Origin: Octopus sinensis
Lineage: Eukaryota
Reading direction: 5' to 3'
Assembly: GCF_006345805.1 (NCBI RefSeq)
Contig: NC_043013.1
Location: forward strand, 14,570,001-14,634,000
DNA length: 64,000 nucleotides
In this document: one piece after another, positions 57,501 to 64,000 of the stretch
Position numbering within the stretch: the first letter of the stretch is position 1
Layout: every line of letters begins with the position of its first letter
Position numbers and translations under genes: made by a program
Notes under the pieces: generated by a model
Database searches by the model: none
What the model was told of the DNA's origin: nothing
What the model saw: the letters and a program-made list of their open reading frames with translations, nothing else

Positions 57501-58942
57501 AGAGCCTGGTGCAACCTCCATGGCTTACCAGACCCCGGTCGAACCGTCCAACCCATGCTAGCATGGAAAACGGACGTTAACCCTTTAGTGTTTAAACCGG
57601 CCATATCCAGCCAAAATATTCTACCTGTTTTATGTTCAGACTAGTCAGATATGGTCATTCATAGCTACCTTATTGTGTCATTATTGTGTCATAAACAATC
57701 ACATCATTGCAATCTCAAAGCTATGAAATGATGCAAGATTAATTTTACATGGTGTGAATACATAAGCTTTAAATTTGACAGAATAATCTGAATGCTAAAG
57801 GGTTAAATGATGATGATGATGATGATGATGATGATTGTTATGAATTGATAATGCATTACCTCACAGCTTCAAGATTTTGATGATGTGGTTGTTTATTTTT
57901 AGAATGAAGTTTTAGGATAGGAATGCAAAACTAGATATCTGTCCAGTTTGAACACAAAAGAGGCTGAATACTTGGGCCAATTACGGCTGGTTTAAATGCT
58001 AAAGGGTTAAAACAGGAAGTTTATATCAATCATAGAACCAGGGTCAGTCTCAGGAAGGTTGGCATCAAAAAGGTTAAATGGAGGAGTGGGAAGCATACTA
58101 ATAATCTACTTTCTGTGCAAAGCTGAGTCATTTTCACAGTGTTTTATAATAATACAATTTGGCAATTTGAGCCACTGAAATTATGCATCCAGATTAATGA
58201 CTTAATTATCACTAGCATACAGCATACAGAAAATAAATTGTTTTTATATCAAATTCTATATACAAACAGCAAATTACTGCAGCATATTATAACATAAATT
58301 TTGTTAGTAATTTTTGTCACTAAAACCAAATATTGCAAACATTATTGCTAACCTTGTATAATATGTATAAATAAATGTGTATATACACACACATATATAC
58401 CACATTTAAGATAGAGGAGAAGAGGTAAGACTCTTGTCTATAATGCTTCGTGTATGCATGCATGTATGTTGACATTTGGGAAGGGATTATCCATTACGAA
58501 TTGCTTGAACAGAACCAAACGGTAACGCAAGATATACGCGCGTGTGTGTGTGTGTCAAAACAGGAGATTGAGATAAAAATGTTGATATTACTTGTTCACT
58601 ATTACATATGTTTCATTTGCTAATAGGAGTCACAAAATTGTACATGTAGGTAAAACAAGACAGAGAATCAAATGATATAATTTGGTTTTCTGTCTGAAGA
58701 ATTTCTAATAAGAGATATCTTACATGTTTTTCCTACATGTACACTAAATCAGTAACATAAAAGCCAGGACTTACCTTCAGAAGAACAGCATCAGCCTCCA
58801 GTAAAGGACACTGGGATTTCTTCAGAAGTAATTCATATTTTGGTTCCCAGTAAAAAATCAGCAGTATAAAACCAAGTGTGAAGAACACCAACAAGTAGAA
58901 CAATATCTTCTTACATGTATTGTCTTTGTAACCAATGCATTC
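4633..58942 (-). CDS. ATP13A3: P5B-type ATPase (ATP13A2/ATP13A3-like, probable polyamine transporter), partial gene, 15 coding exons in window
   Basis: Manual splicing of 15 GT-AG exons gives one open 595-codon frame: ...[84 protein letters not shown] (not PPELP) marks the P5B subfamily. The A2-versus-A3 label is a best guess. The start exon and C-terminal exons were not found in the window. Confidence 0.95.
7290..7664 (+). mobile_element. Retroposon family with (GAT)n tail and internal gtggcacgtaaaaagcacc subrepeats
   Basis: 3' end ccaacccatgctagcatggaaaacggacgttaaacgatgatg. Other copies at ~18950-19170, 24296-24630(-), 29850-30080, 43487-43665(-), 44700-45165, 53820-54095, 54600-55013, 55755-55960 and 57200-57580. 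Confidence 0.8.
9521..11906 (-). mobile_element. Cluster of tRNA-derived SINE family A (Meta-domain-like core, ATT tail), at least 9 copies
   Basis: Minus strand has an A-box-like gagctggcagaa, B-box gagttcaaattcc and core gcctttcatcctttcggggtcgataaa. Other copies at ~3925-4445, 14215-14428, 16676-16880, 17223-17653, 19953-20186, 33890-34290, 42730-42930, 47155-47385, 48780-49190 and 62745-62945 (approximate). Confidence 0.85.
14495..15036. mobile_element. Solo copy of the ~555-bp AAT-embedded element
   Basis: Same ends and body as the 1465-3778 units, flanked by (AAC/AAT)n; a partial copy lies at ~16882-17030. Confidence 0.9.
15336..15483 (-). CDS. ATP13A3: P5B ATPase exon n (FQGLV...MASCHSL...[14 protein letters not shown]), N domain
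   Basis: ctgactag|G...TGG|gtaagt; 148 nt; follows a 99-bp intron. Confidence 0.95.
15583..15644 (-). CDS. ATP13A3: P5B ATPase exon m ([20 protein letters not shown])
   Basis: tttccag|ACA...CA|gtaagt; 62 nt; DK|TGT is split by the intron. Confidence 0.96.
15685..16622 (+). mobile_element. R4/Dong-like RLE non-LTR retrotransposon, 5'-truncated 3' fragment
   Basis: Decayed ORF with [13 protein letters not shown], a CCHC-like knuckle ([18 protein letters not shown], first Cys lost) and PD-(D/E)xK nuclease (RKPDIVLI...IIDIAC); (TAA)n on both sides. Confidence 0.85.
17844..18032 (-). CDS. ATP13A3: P5B ATPase exon l ([26 protein letters not shown]...CFDK), TM4 and phosphorylation Asp
   Basis: ttttag|CTC...AAG|gtaagt; 189 nt. 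Confidence 0.97.
18563..18720 (-). CDS. ATP13A3: P5B ATPase exon k ([18 protein letters not shown]...TNMIHH), TM3
   Basis: ttttcag|GT...CAT|gtaagt; 158 nt. Confidence 0.95.
20484..20642 (-). CDS. ATP13A3: P5B ATPase exon j (GESVPVTK...VVVRT)
   Basis: (tat)n-tcag|GT...G|gtgagt; 159 nt; completes the TGES motif. Confidence 0.96.
20643..20954. repeat. Long (AAT)n/(AGT)/(GAT)n microsatellite abutting the exon j acceptor
   Basis: About 310 bp of trinucleotide repeat read directly from the sequence. Confidence 0.95.
20955..21347 (+). mobile_element. R4/Dong-like RLE retrotransposon, second 5'-truncated copy
   Basis: [22 protein letters not shown]...LGAA, with a 3' UTR identical to the 15685-16622 copy; AAT repeats on both sides. 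Confidence 0.85.
21522..21898 (+). mobile_element. CR1-clade LINE 3' fragment nested in a SINE
   Basis: LEKR*RHGDLI...RLRGHSEKL...[13 protein letters not shown]...FKVSLD, (CTTAA)n tail; splits the SINE motif gaactc^agaatg. Confidence 0.8.
22215..22607 (+). mobile_element. tRNA-derived SINE family B with internal (TA/TG)n
   Basis: ggcgcaggagtggct.tgtggtaag...ggttcagtcccac...tgactgaaacaagtaaaagag. Other copies at ~19256-19625(-), 25900-26320, 41188-41615, 47900-48247 and 61385-61808(-). Confidence 0.85.
22816..22947 (-). CDS. ATP13A3: P5B ATPase exon i ([13 protein letters not shown]...NESMLT), actuator domain
   Basis: ttgtag|GG...G|gtaagg; 132 nt, phase 1-1. Confidence 0.96.
23062..23564 (+). 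mobile_element. Non-autonomous Helitron
   Basis: a|TC start, 3' hairpin cccgagcaacgctggg, CTAG|t end, inserted in (TA)n. Confidence 0.8.
23704..23739 (-). ncRNA. Minimal hammerhead-like motif with a variant core
   Basis: cttt CTGTAGA a GAGC gtag GCTC GAAAC GTA aaag. Confidence 0.45.
25008..25178. repeat. ~170-bp palindromic MITE-like element
   Basis: ttctgttgtgtctggggagag...cttat / ~15-nt spacer / ataag...ctctccccagacacaacagaa. Confidence 0.85.
25697..25766 (-). CDS. ATP13A3: P5B ATPase exon h ([23 protein letters not shown])
   Basis: catacag|CAA...C|gtgagt; 70 nt; LHDMV is also present in ATP13A3. Confidence 0.93.
28498..28632 (-). CDS. ATP13A3: P5B ATPase exon g (ILNPFYIFQ...LYETHK), TM1-TM2
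   Basis: ttgcag|ATT...AAG|gtaagc; 135 nt, phase 0-0. Confidence 0.96.
28917..29245 (-). repeat. 69-bp minisatellite derived from a tRNA-like SINE head
   Basis: Units start at 28979, 29048, 29117 and 29186, plus a degenerate unit at ~28917; minus strand reads tagc..tgtggttaagg...gttcaaacc. Confidence 0.85.
30306..30451. repeat. (AAAAATTTGAAAG)n-type short tandem repeat
   Basis: About 11 imperfect 12-13-bp units. Confidence 0.8.
31039..31108 (-). CDS. ATP13A3: P5B ATPase exon f ([23 protein letters not shown])
   Basis: ttaacag|A...GAG|gtaaga; 70 nt; contains the P-type YGxN motif. Confidence 0.94.
31600..31677 (-). CDS. ATP13A3: P5B ATPase exon e ([25 protein letters not shown])
   Basis: tctccag|A...AA|gtaagt; 78 nt, phase 2-2. 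Confidence 0.9.
34842..34921 (-). CDS. ATP13A3: P5B ATPase exon d ([26 protein letters not shown])
   Basis: ttttgtag|GAA...GA|gtaagt; 80 nt; RYF...RYIW resembles P5B IRYF..KYFW. Confidence 0.92.
36595..36903 (+). pseudogene. Decayed 28S rRNA (domain V region) fragment
   Basis: gggagtttaattggtgcagtacatctgacaaacagtaacgcagg...aagggcaaaagctc...gattttcagtatgaata...ggtgtcagagaa aligns by eye with conserved 28S GGGAGTTTGACTGGGGCGGTACA.CTGTCAAACGGTAACGCAGG...AAGGGCAAAAGCTC...GATTTTCAGTACGAATA...GGTGTCAGAAAA. The core 36673-36903 is firm; the left extension is weaker. Confidence 0.85.
37095..37600 (-). mobile_element. Non-autonomous Helitron, inverted second copy
   Basis: Reverse complement of 23062-23564 with scattered substitutions; same TC/hairpin/CTAG ends. 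Confidence 0.8.
42181..42655 (-). mobile_element. Decayed RLE-type (R4-like) retrotransposon fragment, different subfamily
   Basis: Frameshifted [45 protein letters not shown]. Confidence 0.75.
50250..50772 (+). mobile_element. Reverse-transcriptase fragment of an R4/Dong-like non-LTR element
   Basis: [52 protein letters not shown]. Confidence 0.85.
51396..51996. repeat. C/A-rich ~40-bp minisatellite with alternating A/B units
   Basis: ttgataaaccaaccccctaacaaccagtgacc.. alternates with ttaacaaacc..ccctatcaa.. Confidence 0.75.
52734..52818 (-). CDS. ATP13A3: P5B ATPase exon c ([28 protein letters not shown])
   Basis: tttcag|C...CAG|gtaaaa; 85 nt, phase 2-0. Confidence 0.8.
54132..54190 (-). 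CDS. ATP13A3: P5B ATPase exon b ([19 protein letters not shown])
   Basis: ttttccag|GAT...TG|gtgagt; 59 nt, phase 0-2; supplies the phase the next exon needs. Confidence 0.85.
56080..56286. mobile_element. piggyBac-type MITE (TTAA|CCCTTTC...GAAAGGG|TTAA)
   Basis: TTAA at 56076-56079 and 56287-56290; inverted relative of 59805-60024. Confidence 0.85.
56630..56675 (+). ncRNA. Degenerate minimal type-I hammerhead ribozyme motif (Penelope-like repeat)
   Basis: gacac CTGAAGA a GGCTG-loop-CAGCC GAAAC ATT gtgtt; the expected ACGT stem III reads ACAT. Confidence 0.5.
57581..57802. mobile_element. piggyBac-type MITE family 2, nested in a retroposon tail
   Basis: cggacgTTAA|cccttta...taaaggg|TTAAatgatgatg. 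Opposite-orientation relatives at ~52325-52545 and ~57848-58005. Confidence 0.85.
58775..58942 (-). CDS. ATP13A3: P5B ATPase exon a ([10 protein letters not shown]...EADAVLLK), N-terminal membrane-associated segment
   Basis: tttcag|GAA...AAG|gtaagt; 168 nt, phase 0-0; resembles the human ATP13A3 EIYGY...VVLLR exon. Confidence 0.92.
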
Positions 58943-59804
58943 CTGAAAGTACAAAGAGGCTTGGCATTACAATATGTACAATACATACAGACATAATATA
59001 CATACAATCTACATATTTTCTTGGAATGTTGAGTTTATTTTCTCACAGATCAATGTGTATTCTGATAATACTGTGTTGCCTGATGAAATAGTCTGGTTAT
59101 TTTGTTCTATTATGTAATATTATGGATATGTAGGTATTTGGAAATACTTTGTGGAGTGACAACCATGCCCTGCATAGTTATGGGCTGTCCTTTGGCAAGA
59201 TATAGCACCCATTCAGTCACCCTGTCGGGGATACAGCAAAGTCATGGGACTGCAGCATGGTGGATTGTGTAAAAGTAATGGGAGAGCTTAACTGAGCCAA
59301 CGGTGCTTCTTATATTGATGCTGAGCAGAGGAATCCTAGAAGATCAACAAGCAGGATCACCAAGAGAGTAACTGCAAAGCATCAATAGGGGTGATGCCCA
59401 TGGTTGTGTTATCACCTAATGAAAGATTCACTATGATTCAAGCTCTCAATCCAAATACATAATAATGGAATTGTATGGCGTTAGAGAGTAATGGGAATCT
59501 ACGTAAGCAGCAAAAAAAAATGTAATATATTACTAAGCAAATAAATAGCTATGCTATGAAAACATACATAACATAATAAATTGGCTCTATTCAGATCCAT
59601 TTATAAATGCATGCACGTGAACACACACACATAATTATGGGGGAAGGGGTTAGTCAATTATGCTAAAACTTTATTTTATCAACCCAACTAGATGAAAGGC
59701 AAAGTAAACCTCAGCAGCATCTGAACTCAGAACAGAGAGCCACAACAAATACTGCAAAATATTTTTCACAATGCTCTGATGACAATGTCAACTCACTGCC
59801 TTAA

Positions 59805-60024
59805 CCCTTTCATTACCAACCCGGCTGAAACCGGCTCTGGCTCTGAGTACAAATGTCTTGTTTTCATAAGTTTTGAATTAAAATCTTCCACCAAACCTTA
59901 GTCACAATTTATGTTCCTAACACTAGCTTAATGATAACGAAGTTATTTTACTAAATTCTTTGTTATATTTAAAGTAATTGAAAGAAACACAGAGCATCTC
60001 AAAATAAATACAGTAACGAAAGGG
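59805..60024. mobile_element. piggyBac-type MITE, inverted copy of 56080-56286
   Basis: TTAA target duplication and CCCTTTC/GAAAGGG termini. Confidence 0.85.
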
Positions 60025-63000
60025 TTAAATGGAGATGTAATGATGTTGGCTAAGAAAACAAGGGTTACATAGATTGTTTCTGTTTAACTGTAGATCAGCC
60101 TTTATTTGGTAGGCCAAGTCATGACCATCCCACCTATAACTTAGACATTGTACCAAAGACTATATTATCCAATGTGGTCTCCTACTTTTAATACAGTGGA
60201 GTGTTAAGAGAAATTTGGCCGTTGTTTCTAGTATACTGAACAATATAGTCCTTCTTCACAGGTTGTCCAAGCTGCTACTGTCGTAAGTGCTTTTTACACA
60301 TGTCATTATTGTTGGTCGTTCCAACCACAGCTAACTCGATTTAATTGTGAGAGAGTTTAGTACATCTAGAACTGCATCATTAACCAATGTGTTCTTTTGG
60401 TAAGACAATACAGTGTGATGCAAGGGAGATTTGGCTAGTTTTTTTTGCTTTTTTTTTTTACTAGATCAAGTGACAGCATAAAGTTTCACTCACTGGCCTA
60501 TTGAACTATTAGTGGTTGGGGCGGAGAATTGTACATAGTAGTAGATGTAGACCAATGGAGGTCTTGGCAGGAAGTGGTGACGGTAGTACTGAGGGCAGAG
60601 GTGGGGACCCCACTTCCCCCATTCAAGGACTGTCTGACCTTGTAATTAAAGTGACACAGGACTGAAAATAAAGATATAGAAGTGCTGCTTTGTGTTACCA
60701 ATATATCCTTCACATCCAAACGTGGGGGTAGTGGAGGGCAGTGAGTGTTAAACAAATGGTGACCATGGAAACAGGAGGAGGAGCAGCAGGAGGAGGACAA
60801 TGGTGCCGATGACACTACTGATGCCAACACCCTTAATGATGATGACCAACGATAACGATGACTGCGATGATGACTTATGATGACAATTTCTAAAGGCAAT
60901 GATGACGATGATGATAACGCAAGAAATTTAAACTGTAATCTATTGTGCTTGCTTGCTGTTTCACACAGATGCAGGGCACACATAGATTTACTCACACACA
61001 CACATGCATGTGTGCATGGCATGCACGCAATACCAACAGACACACACACAAGTATACAAACACACATAGATGCTTCTGTGACAAGAATTAGCGGATCTTC
61101 TGTTTGCTGTTATCTCTTCTCTGACCTAGTTTATTGAAAACAAGCCTTCCTCCAATCCGTGACCCAGTGAAGTGAAATAATAAGGCAGTGTAAGTAAGAA
61201 GAGTCTGTCACAAATGAAAAATATATTAAAACAACAATAAAACCCACAAAAATATGGCAAGGCTATTTATTCATCACTTAGTTATATAATTAACGAATGA
61301 TTCAGAAGACACAACCCAACTCCAACACAAACAAAAAAAATTTAAAAAACAGAAACCTGATGGGGGGGGGGGTTAAAATCTTTTTTACTTGTTTCAGTGA
61401 TTAGACTGCGGGCCATACTGGGGCACCACCTCGAAGAATTTTAGTTGGGTGAATTGATCCCAGTACTTATTATTCTTTTTTTTTTTGGTTGTTCAAGCCT
61501 CATACTTATTCTATCAGTCTCTTTTGCTGAACCTCTAAGTTATGAAGGCATAAACACACCAACGCCAGTTGTTAATCGGTGGTGAACAAACACAGACACC
61601 AAGACATACACATGCACACACACAAACACACACACACACACACACACAAAGCTTTTTTCCAGTTTTTGTGTACCAAATCCTCTCACAAGGCTTTGGTCAG
61701 CCTAAGGCCATAGAAGAAGACACTTGTCCAGAGTGTCACACAGTGAGACAGAACCTGGAACCCTGTGATTGGGAAGCAAGCTTCTTACCACACAGTCACA
61801 CCTGCACCTATGTAATGCTCATTTTCACCACTTTTTTCTATTTTTTGCCATGCCTTGCCTGGAGGAGGGTGGTGGTGCCCTTAACTCATTGATGTTGTTG
61901 TAAGGGGCACCATTGTGACACACTGCATGTCTTGGACATTTTAGACATGATGGAGCTGACCACAATCAATTTCTTCCAGGAGTGAAAGACTCACGAACAA
62001 TCAGAAAGAAGGAGTTAGAGCAGAGGTCAGCAAAGTGGCCAAAACTGACTGAACACTAGGGGATTACATGCTTATCCAAGGAATCGATAAACACCTGAAA
62101 CAATTTTGAAAATTTAAAGGTGTGCATTATTAGCAAACTGAAGTCTGCTTCCCAACCACATGGTTCTGGGTTCAATCCCACTGTGCTGTACCTTAGGTGT
62201 CTTCTACTGTAGCCTCAAGCCGACCAAAGCCTTGCGAATGGATTTCATCATTGTCCAGCGTCTGCCCTCCATGCTAGCATGGGTTGGACGGTTCAACTGG
62301 GGTCTGGGAAGCCAGAAGGCTGCACCAGGCTCAGTCTGATCTGGCAATGTTTCTACGGCTGGTTGCCCTTCCTAACGCCAACCACTATTTGGTAGACAGA
62401 AACTGAAAGAAGCACATTGTATGTATATCTACATACATCTATGTGCATGTGTGTCCTTTTGCCAGCGTTTGTATCCAACCATCACTTGGCAATTGGTGTT
62501 GGTTTATTTATGTCCCCATAACTTAGCAGTTCGGCAAAAGAAACCAACAGAATAAGGACCAGGCTTAAAAATTAATAAGTACTAGGGTTGATTCCAGCTA
62601 AAAACTCTTCAAAGCAGTGCCCCAGCATGGCTGCAGTCTAATGACTGAAACAAGTAAAAGATAAAAGAGATAGAAACCAAATCTGGAAGACTATGGGTAA
62701 TTTAAGGCTAAAACTCACTAATTCCCAGCTAAATATTGGTTCCAAATTTTGGTACAAGACCAGCAATTTCAGAGGAAGGGGTAAGTCAATAATATTGACT
62801 CCAATGTTTGACTGGTTCTTATTTTATCAACCCTGAGAGGATGAAAGGCAAAGTCAACCTCAGCAGAATTTGAACCTAGAATGTAGAAATGGATGAAATG
62901 CTGTTAAGCATTTTGCCTGGCTCGTCAGTGATTCTGTCCAATCACTGCTTTTCCCCAGTTAATACTGATGCAATAACTGGTATTCACCAAACAAAAATGT

Positions 63001-63261
63001 TTCACACTAAATATTCCGACTATATCAATAGAATATGACTAAATTTTTGTTGTTCTCATTAAGAATTTTTTTTTAATTTTCATTAAATTTCTTTATATAT
63101 ATTTCTTATTAAAATGTGGTAATAACATGAAAGTATGAAAGAATTATTGTTTTTAAATCAAAAATTTTTTATTAATTATTCTTTTTCATTTTTTTTTTTT
63201 TAGAAATTTAAATAATGGGGGTTGATAAGTTATCAACAATTCCATGAAGGAGGAAGAAAAA

Positions 63262-63514
63262 GGTAAAGTTACCCTCTTGAATCATGCCAACTCATAAGGA
63301 CCGGTGTCCCGGTTTCCATGGAGTATAAATTCCCCACCTGGACAGGACACCAGTCCATCGCAGGATTATTCATTTTTGCCAGCTGAGTTGACTGGAACAA
63401 CGTAAAATGAAGTGTTTTGCTCAAGAACATAGTGCATCACCCAGCCCAAGAATTGAAACCACAATCTTACAATCATGAGTCCAACACCCTAACCACTAAG
63501 CCATGCGCCTCCAC
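63262..63514 (-). mobile_element. tRNA-derived SINE family C
   Basis: Minus strand reads gtggaggcgcatggcttagtggttagggtgttggac...ttgagcaaaacacttcat. Related pieces at ~7675-7800, 8990-9140 and 39140-39300; a family with a similar head lies at ~8046-8356. Confidence 0.75.
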
Positions 63515-64000
63515 TATGAAGGAGGAAGGTTCAATGATATAAGAAGTTTGCTAACCCCTGAGTGAGAAAAAGAGAAGACTTAACTGCAATACAGGACCAG
63601 TACTTGATTTATCAACTCCCAAAAGGATGAAAGGAGAAGTTGACCTCTTTAGGGTTTAAACTCAAAATACAGAGAGCCACATCGATTACCACAAAGCTAT
63701 CTAAAGACTCTGCCAAACCAGCTGCCCTTTTAACCAGACATCCAAGTCAAAGACAATATGAAGACATGAAGAAATTTTTCCTAAGAGGTTTTACTGTCTT
63801 TTATTGACAGTTTTCAATAGTTACAAATATATATATATACACACATAAACACATGTACACACACAATGGGCTTCCATGCACTGTCTACTAAATTTACTTA
63901 CAATGCTTTGTTTGGCCTACTACACTGGGACTGAACCCAAAACCAATAGTTTCAAAAACAACATTTTAACCATGCAGCCATGCTTACAACTACACACACA

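Noticed and set aside
60498-61067. 189-aa Ser/Thr-rich minus-strand ORF as the missing first ATPase exon
   Set aside because: No phase-0 GT donor in a suitable position, no P5B similarity, and partly repeat-derived

Overview
AT-rich, microsatellite- and SINE-dense animal genomic DNA; the repeat families look like those of Octopus or another coleoid cephalopod (inferred from pattern recall, not searched). The window holds 15 hand-assembled minus-strand coding exons (58942 down to 4633; 1785 nt, 595 codons, GT-AG junctions all phase-compatible) of a P5B-type ATPase (ATP13A2/3-like probable polyamine transporter; TGES, PPALP, DK|TGT and GDPLD motifs). The start-codon exon was not found and the C-terminal half lies beyond position 1. 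Most ORFs in the track are microsatellite artefacts. The introns contain several tRNA-derived SINE families, R4/Dong-like RLE retrotransposon fragments embedded in (TAA)n, a CR1 3' fragment, an inverted pair of non-autonomous Helitrons, TTAA piggyBac-type MITEs and foldback elements. Most unusual: a four-unit array of a ~555-bp (AAT)n-embedded element, a decayed 28S rRNA fragment bracketed by a 22-bp inverted repeat, a 69-bp minisatellite built from a tRNA-like head, two minimal hammerhead-like motifs, and a possible internal first exon.
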